Source: a virus
Taxonomy: Duplodnaviria > Heunggongvirae > Uroviricota > Caudoviricetes
Direction: 5' to 3' (one strand)
Length of the DNA: 64,000 bases
IMG/VR virus record: IMGVR_UViG_3300009285_000507
Coordinates: 32,749 to 96,748 of that record
The notes under the pieces were generated by a model. It saw only the letters and a program-made list of their open reading frames with translations, was not told the DNA's origin and made no database searches. The translations under genes were made by a program, and so were the position numbers. Of this stretch, positions 1 through 8,842 are shown one piece after another; position 1 is the stretch's first letter, and every line of letters begins with the position of its first letter.

Positions 1-2049
1 TCTTGTTGATCCAACAGGATTGTCTGTGAAGAACCTGTTTGCTCCTGAGGTAGCAGTTTCACCCTGTGTACCAAAGCGGATAACAAACTGCCAGTTCTCG
101 GTAATTGAATCACGCCACACACCGTACATCTTGTTGATTGACCTGTTATCAGGCATAATGTAGTTAACGCCATAGCGTAGGTTAACCTTGTTCAAGCGGT
201 CACGAATCTCTTTCTTGAACTCAAGAGTGCTACCACGCTCCTGCTGCTTGCTCTCTTTGAAGTGAAGCCGGAGAAGATACCCGTAACCACTGTTGGTGTT
301 TGAGGACTCACTGCGAGTCTCGTGGGTTACAAGGTACTTGTCAGAAGCATAATTGCTTGCCTGTGATCCCTTAACTCCACCAAGTACTGGAGAAGCCTGG
401 TCTCTGGCTTCAGGAGTTGCAAACCAAATCTCCTGAACGTTCTCACCTTTGGTGATATGATGATAAGCAAAGTACATCATACCAAGAGTTGGATCAAGTA
501 GCATAAGAACATAGGCTAGCCAATCAGGATGACGGCGTAGGAAGTCTGCCTTAACCTGTTTCAGCATGCTCTTAATGTATGTCTGCTTATCCTCACTTAG
601 AGTTGGCAGCATACTGTTGATTGCGTTGACAACATTGCGTGACATGTTAGTGTTAACCTTACGAGCTCTGTTGTACAGCTGGTACACAATCTGTACACGC
701 TCTTCAGGTGTCTTACCATTTAGTGTTGACAGATCAAAGTCCTGGGGTGCTTTGTCACGTGCAGCCCTGATCTCATTAACGTAGTCAGCAATGAGTTTCT
801 TGTTCTCTGGGGTAGCTGTGATAGCTTCCTCCAAGTGAATGTCAACCTTGATCTTGTCTGGGTTACCATTGAGGAACTTGACCCATGCATCCCATGTGAT
901 ACCATCAATCATCGCTGGGTGGGCCTGGGACTCAAATGAGCCACTTGGACGAACACCTGTGTACTCTACTGGTTCTGGTGTCCACATCTCTTCAGCAGCC
1001 GCTGCAGCTGAAGCAGGGGCACTCTCTGGAGGTGCTGACTCACCTTGCGTGGTCTCAGTAATACCTGCCTTAATATTAGCAGCTATCTCAGGTGTCATTC
1101 CACGGGCAGAGGTTGGGGTGATCTTGTTGTCTTGAAGCTCACCAAAGATAAGAGCAGACATCTTGGTTGGATCTTCAAACCTGCTAACAAAGTCCTCACC
1201 CATGAACTCCTGATTGTGTTTGTCACAGAAAGTACTTGGAACTCTGTGGAACTTCTTAGCAGGTGTCAAGTACTTAAAGATAGCCAACTTGGTAGCCGGT
1301 AGTCCACAACGATGTGATGCCTTTGTTGGGTCAGGGAAGTCACAGTAGCACTTGTCAGCCTGTGCATTGTACCATTCACACATATAGCTTGTGAACTTCC
1401 TGCCAACAAAGCGTGACTCTGGAACGTACTTAACATTACCAAGGAATAGCTTTAGAGCCTGAAGGAATATCTTTGCTTCTTCACTAGCTGGCTCTGTGTT
1501 AGCATCACCAGTTACCAGTGAAGGTGCACTCTCAGCTGGGGCCTGTGCTGGTACTGCAGCAACTGCTGACTCAGGTGTGACAATGCCAGCCTCTTTATCT
1601 GTCTGAATGATATCCTTGCGTAGCTCTGATGCCATGCCACGCAAGTACTTAGGATCAATAGCAATCCTGGCTGTAGCTGGATTGTAGTTATCCTTGTCTA
1701 CCTTTATAACTTCAAAGTTTTTACGTGCTGCATATATTTTTAGGTTAGCAAGTTTATTAAACTCAAAGGAGACAATCTTACTGGTAGATGTATCAAAGTC
1801 ACCCTGCAGTACATGCTTGCCTTTGAGGATCTGTTTTAGTTTTGCATTATCTTCAGGAGTTGCACCAACATAGATGCCGTTGTGTTTCTCATCGTTTGCT
1901 TCTACTTCATCGTACTCCTTGATGTTTACAATGAACACAGGCTCCCTATCATACGGAAGTGGGGGAGCTGATTCTGGAGTACCTTGATTAAAATCGGCCT
2001 CCTCCGCTTCACGAATAAAGCGGAGGAGGGCACGTTCATGACTTCTCAT
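1..2049 (-). CDS. large hypothetical protein (>680 aa), C-terminus truncated by window edge
   Basis: Uninterrupted minus-strand reading frame from ATG at 2049 (AAGGTGG Shine-Dalgarno about 8 nt upstream) to the window start. Hand translation begins MRSHERALLRFIREAEEADFNQGTPESAPPLPYDREPVFIVNI. No Walker A or polymerase motif recognised, so function unknown. Confidence 0.5.
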   Translation of the reverse strand, partial: MRSHERALLRFIREAEEADFNQGTPESAPPLPYDREPVFIVNIKEYDEVEANDEKHNGIYVGATPEDNAKLKQILKGKHVLQGDFDTSTSKIVSFEFNKLANLKIYAARKNFEVIKVDKDNYNPATARIAIDPKYLRGMASELRKDIIQTDKEAGIVTPESAVAAVPAQAPAESAPSLVTGDANTEPASEEAKIFLQALKLFLGNVKYVPESRFVGRKFTSYMCEWYNAQADKCYCDFPDPTKASHRCGLPATKLAIFKYLTPAKKFHRVPSTFCDKHNQEFMGEDFVSRFEDPTKMSALIFGELQDNKITPTSARGMTPEIAANIKAGITETTQGESAPPESAPASAAAAAEEMWTPEPVEYTGVRPSGSFESQAHPAMIDGITWDAWVKFLNGNPDKIKVDIHLEEAITATPENKKLIADYVNEIRAARDKAPQDFDLSTLNGKTPEERVQIVYQLYNRARKVNTNMSRNVVNAINSMLPTLSEDKQTYIKSMLKQVKADFLRRHPDWLAYVLMLLDPTLGMMYFAYHHITKGENVQEIWFATPEARDQASPVLGGVKGSQASNYASDKYLVTHETRSESSNTNSGYGYLLRLHFKESKQQERGSTLEFKKEIRDRLNKVNLRYGVNYIMPDNRSINKMYGVWRDSITENWQFVIRFGTQGETATSGANRFFTDNPVGSTR

Positions 2050-2072
2050 GCTTGTACCACCTTACTGCTTAG

Positions 2073-2513
2073 TTAACCTATGATCCATGCGTTGTTTGTA
2101 AATGTAGCTGCTACTGGAACATATGAATCACCTGAACGACTGTACAGTGCATTTGAGGAATAGATCATTGCTGTAGCATCTGCAACAGGTGCAGAGAACT
2201 GGGCAACAATCTTTACTGCAGTGCCTAGTGAGTATGTCACAGCTGAAAGAGTTGCATTAGCTGAGAAGTCACTGGTCATATCAGTGGCATCATTAACCGA
2301 TACATATGTCTGGCCTGAAAGAGTATAGAGGGGCTGTGACACATTACAAGTAAGTGTGTCTGAGTTATAGGTGTTGATATATAGCTGAGGAGCTCCCATA
2401 AGATCTTCTAGGATTTCCAAGCCACTCTCAATCAAAGCAACTGAGGCAGCAGGGAAGTAATTCAAAAGAGCTAGTTCACTTCTCACATAGGCAACAGCTT
2501 CATCTAGACGCAT
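2073..2513 (-). CDS. hypothetical protein (146 aa)
   Basis: ORF in minus-strand gene array, tightly packed with neighbours; no recognisable motif. Confidence 0.45.
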   Translation of the reverse strand: MRLDEAVAYVRSELALLNYFPAASVALIESGLEILEDLMGAPQLYINTYNSDTLTCNVSQPLYTLSGQTYVSVNDATDMTSDFSANATLSAVTYSLGTAVKIVAQFSAPVADATAMIYSSNALYSRSGDSYVPVAATFTNNAWIIG

Positions 2514-2525
2514 TGGCAGTCTCCT

Positions 2526-2765
2526 TTAATAAGTATTACTACCTTTACGTGTATAAGAAAACAGTTGCTTTAACCGTTCTTCCTTCAATTTGCAACCACT
2601 TATTGCATCAAGGATATCATAATATAGAGCAAAGTATGCACGACCATACTGATTGACTGTGAACCTACAGAGCACTCTATGCATCCAATCATTGACAGCT
2701 ATAGGAACAAAGAAGATAACTTTTAGGATAAAGTTAGCCACCGTAGTCTCCTGTGAGTACGACAT
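2526..2765 (-). CDS. hypothetical small protein (79 aa)
   Basis: ORF in the same orientation as its neighbours; overlaps the next ORF by about 30 nt. Confidence 0.3.
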   Translation of the reverse strand: MSYSQETTVANFILKVIFFVPIAVNDWMHRVLCRFTVNQYGRAYFALYYDILDAISGCKLKEERLKQLFSYTRKGSNTY

Positions 2766-2955
2766 AACCTACTGATATAACTGAAAGAATACAAGCCATT
2801 GTGATAGCTGTGAGAACCAACGACATACCCACCAATGCCATGTAATCTAAGAATTCCTTTAGGTCAAACTTATCTGAGTGTTTCAATGGTAACCCCCAAC
2901 TCTCTGGCTTTAGCAAGACACACAGAGCAAGGATCAATAGGGAGAGTCTCCCCAT
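2734..2955 (-). CDS. small hydrophobic/membrane protein (73 aa)
   Basis: Two hydrophobic stretches (LLILALCVLL and LVLTAITMACILSVISVGYVVL). Confidence 0.3.
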   Translation of the reverse strand: MGRLSLLILALCVLLKPESWGLPLKHSDKFDLKEFLDYMALVGMSLVLTAITMACILSVISVGYVVLTGDYGG

Positions 2956-3226
2956 TGAGATTCATACGACATATAATAATTCTCCGCAAAGACTTGGGTG
3001 AGTTACGCATAACGTTAAGCTCTGCATGCATACCACCACCCTTGCGGGAGAACCTAGGATGGTTAAACTTAATACATATAGGCTTGTTCCTATAATCTAA
3101 ACCGATGGCCGCTATAGAGTAATGACATGAACTTTTTAGTGCTTTCTTTTTGAGCCTTGTAACAATGTCATCAACCTTCATCCTATCCTCTCCTTGTAGA
3201 TATAATCTATCTTCAGTCTCGCACAA
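2870..3226 (-). CDS. hypothetical Cys-containing protein (118 aa)
   Basis: ORF in gene array; scattered Cys/His residues, no firm motif. Confidence 0.4.
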   Translation of the reverse strand: MCETEDRLYLQGEDRMKVDDIVTRLKKKALKSSCHYSIAAIGLDYRNKPICIKFNHPRFSRKGGGMHAELNVMRNSPKSLRRIIICRMNLNGETLPIDPCSVCLAKARELGVTIETLR

Positions 3227-3366
3227 ATCTCCATGACTTCCTCAATGTGCTCTCCTAGACTGTCCAACCTACTACCAGGTATTAACTGGAGTTCCTCAAG
3301 AAACCTCTCCAGCTGATCCTGGTACTGAAACCTCAGGACTATCCCATCCTCCTGCTCTTTTAACAT
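3178..3366 (-). CDS. hypothetical small protein (62 aa)
   Basis: Short ORF in a co-oriented array. Confidence 0.3.
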   Translation of the reverse strand: MLKEQEDGIVLRFQYQDQLERFLEELQLIPGSRLDSLGEHIEEVMEICARLKIDYIYKERIG

Positions 3367-3602
3367 TAGCTTCGGCTGTGTGTAAAGATAAGATCCTTAA
3401 GTCCCCTCTGTGCATCCATCATGCACTTGGCGTTAACCATTGCATCACCATTGATGTACTCCATAATCAAGCTGCGACACATCTCATCAACATCCTCAAA
3501 TAGAAATGTAGCTTTCTTACCTTTGAAGATTACATCAACAATCTTGCGACCCTTTGCTTTTAGATAGCTGGCTTCTGACAAGTCACCTGTCTTGTATACC
3601 AC
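3366..3602 (-). CDS. hypothetical protein (78 aa)
   Basis: ORF in co-oriented array; its stop abuts the next start. Confidence 0.4.
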   Translation of the reverse strand: MVYKTGDLSEASYLKAKGRKIVDVIFKGKKATFLFEDVDEMCRSLIMEYINGDAMVNAKCMMDAQRGLKDLIFTHSRS

Positions 3603-3934
3603 GTGGACATCTCCTTTATCCCCATCATCTGAATTCCATATCTGATCTTCACTATGCTCTCAATGAAAGACATAAGGAAGCATGCTGCATAGTAGAACCC
3701 CAGGAATGATACTCTAAAGATAGACACTATAATTATATTGAACACACAGACAAAAGCCATGATAGCATAACCTATTATCATGTAAGAGAATATAAGCATC
3801 CTCTTCTCAAAGTGATAACACAGATCACGGATGGACATACGCAGAGTAACATGAACACTGTTGTTATACCAGTTGTCTAAACCGAGTATAACAAGTGACT
3901 TATAAACTAACCAATAGGCCAGTTTGAGTAACAT
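3560..3934 (-). CDS. multi-pass membrane protein, putative holin-like
   Basis: 124 aa with 3-4 hydrophobic segments, immediately downstream of the amidase gene on the minus strand. Confidence 0.4.
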   Translation of the reverse strand: MLLKLAYWLVYKSLVILGLDNWYNNSVHVTLRMSIRDLCYHFEKRMLIFSYMIIGYAIMAFVCVFNIIIVSIFRVSFLGFYYAACFLMSFIESIVKIRYGIQMMGIKEMSTWYTRQVTCQKPAI

Positions 3935-3976
3935 TATCCATCTCCTCTATGTGCTGTCTACTACTATTATACCACA

Positions 3977-4576
3977 CTATTTGGCTTGTTTCAAGGAATC
4001 CTTTGCTGAACCCTCATTTAGTTTCTTTAGATAATTAAGGGTGCCAGTAACAATGGCTTTAGCTTCTAGCAGTAGATCTTCCTTGGAGTCAATAGCCTGA
4101 ACATCTTTTGCGTTGTCAACGTAGGCGAACTCAGTGATAATGGCTGGCATGTGTGTGTCACGGATGACAGCAAAGTAATCTCCGTTGCGGCCTTCTTTGT
4201 CATAGATGCCATGTGTGCCATGTGGGTTCTGAAGCTTGTTGAACTCAGTGCTTATTGACTTGGCTAGGTCAAGACCTTTGCCGTGATAGATCGAGTGAAT
4301 GATCTCATAGCCGTCACCACCGCCAGCATTATGATGGATCGAGATGAAGTAGTCAGCCTTGAAAGCATTGGCTAGCTTGCAGCGGTCATTCAAGGAGATA
4401 ATTGATGCATCGCTTCTACGTGTCATGCCAACTGTGTGCCCTGCTTCAGTTAGTAGACGCTCAGCTTCAAGGGATACAGTTAGATTAGCTGCAGCTTCCT
4501 TGATAAACTTGACTGCACCTGGATCACTGCCAGCCTGTACTCCGCTATGCCCTGCGTCTAACCATATACGTGCCAT
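3977..4576 (-). CDS. N-acetylmuramoyl-L-alanine amidase (Amidase_3-type endolysin)
   Basis: N-terminal LDAGHSGVQAGSDPGAV matches the xDxGHGGxDPGA zinc-site motif of Amidase_3. SIHHNAGGG is also present. Length 199 aa. Confidence 0.8.
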   Translation of the reverse strand: MARIWLDAGHSGVQAGSDPGAVKFIKEAAANLTVSLEAERLLTEAGHTVGMTRRSDASIISLNDRCKLANAFKADYFISIHHNAGGGDGYEIIHSIYHGKGLDLAKSISTEFNKLQNPHGTHGIYDKEGRNGDYFAVIRDTHMPAIITEFAYVDNAKDVQAIDSKEDLLLEAKAIVTGTLNYLKKLNEGSAKDSLKQAK

Positions 4577-4615
4577 GTGGTTATCTCCTTGAAGTCTAGA
4601 TAACCAAGTGTATAA

Positions 4616-4969
4616 CTAAGGTGTCTTATGATGCTCTTTGTCGTGGCACTCAACGCAGAGTACCTCGAGCGCAGCAGGATTGCACAATATCTCCTTGAAT
4701 ATATGATCAATAACAGCATCCCAGTTGCATATCCCTTTGGTATGGTGCACGTTTATCTTAACTTCTTTGCCTTTGGCAACTGACCCCTTCTTTGAACAAC
4801 GCTGACATGTGTTGTGCTCACGCTTAACTGCACTTGCTCTTTCCCTGCTGCGGAGCCACAGCTGACGGAGCGCGGCGCGGACACGTGAACGTGGTGTCGT
4901 TGGTAGTTTCTTACCCATTAGCTTTCTCCTTGGCAACCTGTTCCTCCATCTTCCTAATGCAACATCCAC
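4616..4969 (-). CDS. HNH endonuclease
   Basis: CQRCSKKG...VHHTKGICNWDAVIDH...CVECHDKEHH gives paired Cys plus HH/N/H spacing typical of phage HNH nucleases. The true start may be an internal Met. Confidence 0.7.
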   Translation of the reverse strand: MDVALGRWRNRLPRRKLMGKKLPTTPRSRVRAALRQLWLRSRERASAVKREHNTCQRCSKKGSVAKGKEVKINVHHTKGICNWDAVIDHIFKEILCNPAALEVLCVECHDKEHHKTP

Positions 4970-5315
4970 AAAGTGTTATGCCAAGCTTCCTTGCGCTCCA
5001 CTTTAGTATGTTGAAGGAGTAAGCCTTTTTCTTGGAGTACTTCTTTTGGTAGTCCTTAATATAGTTTTTGTACTTTGGACTGTTTTTAAGTTTCTCCTGT
5101 GACTTTATAAAGGCTTCAGTTTTTCTGTACTCAGCCATGTACTTCCTTTGCGCTTCATTTACCTCGTCCTTGTTAGCTATCCTCCGCAGCTTTTCCCTAT
5201 GATTTCTGCACTTCCTGCAAATAGTCTCCTTGTAAACTTTGTTACCACTTTTTTTAAACCTAAATAACTCACTAGACAGCATGTTATCACAAGCCCCACA
5301 CTTAAATAGTTCCAC
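4911..5315 (-). CDS. basic Cys-rich (zinc-ribbon-like) protein, paralog A
   Basis: CGAC...CRKCRN followed by a K/Y-rich basic segment and C-terminal ILKWSARKLGITLC. Clear paralog of the adjacent ORF. Confidence 0.5.
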   Translation of the reverse strand: MELFKCGACDNMLSSELFRFKKSGNKVYKETICRKCRNHREKLRRIANKDEVNEAQRKYMAEYRKTEAFIKSQEKLKNSPKYKNYIKDYQKKYSKKKAYSFNILKWSARKLGITLCGCCIRKMEEQVAKEKANG

Positions 5316-5742
5316 CCATAGCCTCCGTCTTTTCCCTCTTAGCTATACGTGCTAGCTTGTCTAAGTCGAGGTTGCATAACTCCACACCAATTCTCTTGGC
5401 GCAGTACTTAATCATTGATACACTGTGCCTCTTGGTATAGTTATGCTTGAACTTAACTTTGTTTCCTTCTGCGTCCGTTGTTCCTTCCTCGTAATACTTA
5501 CGAGCAGCTTCTTTCATCTTTTTTAGATTAGCAGCTCGATACTTTTTTAGGTACTCTTTGATGCGCTCCGGATTTTTCTGTACACGCTCCCTGCTTTTCC
5601 TATTAAGACATCTCCTACACATCCTACCCCTTGTTTTATTCCTAGCCTTATAGTTACTTCTACGTTTAGGGAACTCTGTGTCTTCCTTCTCCTGTTTACA
5701 GTGAGGGCAATAAGTCATGATTACTCTCCGTCGTTCATCCAA
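5302..5742 (-). CDS. basic Cys-rich (zinc-ribbon-like) protein, paralog B
   Basis: CPHC...CRRCLN, a basic K/Y-rich middle and MIKYCAKRIGVELC tail parallel to paralog A. Confidence 0.5.
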   Translation of the reverse strand: MDERRRVIMTYCPHCKQEKEDTEFPKRRSNYKARNKTRGRMCRRCLNRKSRERVQKNPERIKEYLKKYRAANLKKMKEAARKYYEEGTTDAEGNKVKFKHNYTKRHSVSMIKYCAKRIGVELCNLDLDKLARIAKREKTEAMGGTI

Positions 5743-6461
5743 TAGTGCATATACTTGTCCGTCATCCAGTTCTCAACGAATTCATAGTCTGGCTCTGCTG
5801 GCAGCATTGTTGGGCATGTAGCAAGTTTGTTCTCATAGTCCAGGATAACCTCTGACACCTCACCGAGCTTAAGTGCTCCCTTTCTAATACCGCGTAGGAA
5901 CTTAGCATCAGGCTCAGCCATTGGCAGTGACAGCTTACCGCAAGATAACAGCTCCATCCCCTGTATACATAGACGAATGATATGGGATGCATATTTTGTG
6001 TCATAACCATACTTATCAACAAGCTCTGGTCTTGTTACATTGCGCTGGCCTCTTAGTCCCAGCATACGCTCGTGCTGCTGCCGTGCATAGCCCATAAACG
6101 GAGTCCTGATCTTTGCTGACACTATCTTACTGGCTAGGCCACGGAGCTCGTCACCCTCTGTTGTGCACTGGGTAATGAACTGTGTTGGGGCAAACAATGG
6201 AAGCAGTACTGACGGGTTACCGCCTAGAGCTAGGCGAAGGTACTTACGAAGCCCATAGGTTACACGGTCAACATCACCAGCCTCACTGCGAACACCCTCC
6301 GGCTTAGTACGCTCTACAATTGTACCCTTCCACTCAGCAAGGCCAATGAGCTTCTTCTTATCCTCAATGCAGACACCCATGTAGTCAGTGTCCTCAAGAC
6401 CATCATTGACAGCTATGCCATGAAGTGTTGAGCCAACTACTGTCTCAAGTATTGTAATCAT
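5721..6461 (-). CDS. Pol-beta superfamily nucleotidyltransferase (predicted)
   Basis: N-terminal GSTLHGIAVNDGLEDTDYMGVCIE fits the GS-x9-13-DxD nucleotidyltransferase signature. A roughly 150-aa helical C-terminal region follows. Confidence 0.55.
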   Translation of the reverse strand: MITILETVVGSTLHGIAVNDGLEDTDYMGVCIEDKKKLIGLAEWKGTIVERTKPEGVRSEAGDVDRVTYGLRKYLRLALGGNPSVLLPLFAPTQFITQCTTEGDELRGLASKIVSAKIRTPFMGYARQQHERMLGLRGQRNVTRPELVDKYGYDTKYASHIIRLCIQGMELLSCGKLSLPMAEPDAKFLRGIRKGALKLGEVSEVILDYENKLATCPTMLPAEPDYEFVENWMTDKYMHYWMNDGE

Positions 6462-6463
6462 AT

Positions 6464-6802
6464 CTATTCGCTCCCAATATGAGTATTGACAAACTTAACT
6501 AGATTACCATTATCAAAAGATGCTCTATATTCCACCCACCCATATCTATCTGTACCAGTGTAGAAGTCAATGTCTCCAGTGTAATCGCATGCACTCTCTA
6601 CGTAAACCTCAAGATCGTGATTCCACTTAGATATAAAAAGAGTCCTATCTGCACTTATTCTGTACGTATTCATATGACACTCTGTGCACTTTGTTTGAAA
6701 CTCACCTTTACACCTAGGATCTTTTACTACCCTTGAAAACTGTGGGCGAAGTGATCCTGGGACAGCATTAATATTAACCTTTACATAATCAAACATTCCC
6801 AT
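6464..6802 (-). CDS. hypothetical protein (112 aa)
   Basis: ORF immediately downstream of the DNA polymerase gene, same strand. Confidence 0.45.
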   Translation of the reverse strand: MGMFDYVKVNINAVPGSLRPQFSRVVKDPRCKGEFQTKCTECHMNTYRISADRTLFISKWNHDLEVYVESACDYTGDIDFYTGTDRYGWVEYRASFDNGNLVKFVNTHIGSE

Positions 6803-6805
6803 GGT

Positions 6806-8842
6806 CTAGATCTCCACCTCGTATTTGCCACAAAGGATAATCTTGTCGCCATCGAACTCAACTGGAACTCCATCGGCATAGCTTGTGCCAACCGTGAAGT
6901 CGGCAGTCATTGGCAGCTTCCAGCCCTTGACACTGATCTCCATGTTCTTCTTGACCATCTTTGCCAGCTCAAGGAAGCGGTTAGGATCAGCTGGCACGGA
7001 GAAGTTAAACTCGTCGTGCACACACAGAAGAAGCTTGATGTCTTCATTGGTCATGAGGACATTGTTGTGGATACGATGCAAGGCCAGCTTGGAGATGTCA
7101 GCTGCTGTACCCTGGATAGGCGAGTTAATAATGGTACGCATTGCATAACCACGCCTGTCCTCACTAGCCAAGTCCTCATGAACCCAACGCTGCCGTCCAA
7201 AGTATGTCTTGACGTACCCGCACTTCTTTGCCTTCACAACTTCTCCTGCGTTCCACTTCTTGATCTCAGGGTACACACTCCACCACTTGTCAACGATAAC
7301 CTGGGCCTCTTCACGTGAGATTCCAAGGTTAGACCCTACAGTGCCAGCCCCGCCACCATAAGCAACCGCAAAGTTAATGGTCTTAGCAATGGTACGATAC
7401 TTCTTCTTATCTGTTTCGTACTCCGCACCAAAGAGCATCTTTGCTGTCTCTTCATGGATGTCTAAACCATTCTGGATGAAGTCAACCATCTTGCAACCAG
7501 TTAGGTTTGCTATGAGGCGAATTTCTTGGGCAGCGAAGTCACCATGGAAGAACAGTTCTCCAGGTTTAGCTTTGATGGCATGGCGAATGGAGTTCTTAAG
7601 ACTCAGTGCCTCAAAGTCGTAGTCATCATCGTGACCTACATCCTTATAGCCATACCCGAAGATGGGACCACCCTTGATCAGCTTGTACCGTGTAGGAGGT
7701 GTCTTAGGCATGTTCTGGCAATTGATGCTGGCAAAGAAGCTATTGAGCTTGTCACCACCACCTGCAAGGCGACCAGTGGCAGCTTCAGTTACCTTGTAGT
7801 TAAAATACACCCCGCCATTGTGCTTCTCTGCTTCCTCAATGAACGTGTCAACGTAGGTTCCCATAAGCTTCTTGAGACCACGTACCTCAAGGATACTGGC
7901 AACGAACGGGTAGTCCTTCTGCAGCGGGACAAGTGCTGCCTCACCTGTTGACATTGAACCCTTGTCTGTAACCTGCCCAGTGTTGATCCCAAGCTTCTTG
8001 AATACCTCAATGAGCTGCTTGGTTGACCCAATATTAAACTTGGAGCCAGCTGACTCATAGATTGATTCTTCCAGACGTGCCATGCGGCTCTCAAGCTCAG
8101 GCTTGTAGCTCTTGAGCAGCTCAACGTCAACTGGGATGAGCCCCTCCTCCTCAACCATCAAAGGAAGCAGACAGGCATTGTCAAGGTCAACCACGGTCTT
8201 GAGCTGCTTCTCGTATAGACCCTTGAACATCTCCCAGATCTGGAACGTGGCAGCAGCATCCATGCTAGCGTAGGACACCACATCCTTTGAGTCAATGTAG
8301 GAGATATCATGTGAATCACCAACAACGTCCTCAAAGTTCTGAAACTTCCACTTGAGAATATTCTCCATACACCACTTGAGACCAAGACGTTTAACGTTTG
8401 TATCAGCGTTCCACACCAGGAGTTGTGTGTCGAAGTACTTAACCTTAAATGGATCAAGTCCGCTGGACTCCCTCAGTATACGCATGTCAAACCTTGCATT
8501 GAAGAACAGAACCTTTGAACTTGCATATAGCATCTTGTTAAAGAACTTGCTGAACTTATTGAAGTCAGTGAAGTTCTCACCGACCTTATGGGAGATCGGG
8601 ATGTAATATGCTTTGTCAAGAGTAAAGCATAGTGAGATGCCTACAAGGCCAGCAAGCTTATGATTAAGATCAGTGGTCTCTGTATCAATGGCAATGATAC
8701 GCTGAGCCTCAGGCAATGACATGTATTGCTTACACACAGCCTTAATGGAATCCTCATCCTTGAGCATAATATACTGGGTTTTATCTTGAGCAATGAGTGG
8801 CTTAAGATTCTTCAGGTACATCGGGGTGTACTTCGCAAACAT
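6806..8842 (-). CDS. DNA polymerase I family (Pol A) with 3'-5' exonuclease domain
   Basis: Exo I AIDTETTDL. Motif A DFAAQEIRL. Motif B RTIAKTINFAVAYGG. Motif C CVHDEF. Length 678 aa. Confidence 0.9.
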   Translation of the reverse strand: MFAKYTPMYLKNLKPLIAQDKTQYIMLKDEDSIKAVCKQYMSLPEAQRIIAIDTETTDLNHKLAGLVGISLCFTLDKAYYIPISHKVGENFTDFNKFSKFFNKMLYASSKVLFFNARFDMRILRESSGLDPFKVKYFDTQLLVWNADTNVKRLGLKWCMENILKWKFQNFEDVVGDSHDISYIDSKDVVSYASMDAAATFQIWEMFKGLYEKQLKTVVDLDNACLLPLMVEEEGLIPVDVELLKSYKPELESRMARLEESIYESAGSKFNIGSTKQLIEVFKKLGINTGQVTDKGSMSTGEAALVPLQKDYPFVASILEVRGLKKLMGTYVDTFIEEAEKHNGGVYFNYKVTEAATGRLAGGGDKLNSFFASINCQNMPKTPPTRYKLIKGGPIFGYGYKDVGHDDDYDFEALSLKNSIRHAIKAKPGELFFHGDFAAQEIRLIANLTGCKMVDFIQNGLDIHEETAKMLFGAEYETDKKKYRTIAKTINFAVAYGGGAGTVGSNLGISREEAQVIVDKWWSVYPEIKKWNAGEVVKAKKCGYVKTYFGRQRWVHEDLASEDRRGYAMRTIINSPIQGTAADISKLALHRIHNNVLMTNEDIKLLLCVHDEFNFSVPADPNRFLELAKMVKKNMEISVKGWKLPMTADFTVGTSYADGVPVEFDGDKIILCGKYEVEI

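Noticed and set aside
4616-4969. HNH gene as evidence of an integrated mobile element or prophage boundary
   Set aside because: No integrase, transposase or flanking repeats were found. Free-standing HNH genes are common inside phage genomes.
6885-8606. Several 80-140-aa plus- and minus-strand ORFs inside the DNA polymerase gene (6885..7148, 7016..7318, 7377..7622, 7526..7951, 7789..8154, 8158..8457, 8352..8606)
   Set aside because: They are antisense or out of frame relative to a high-confidence Pol A CDS with all motifs present. They have no start context and Ser/Arg/Leu-rich composition typical of spurious frames.
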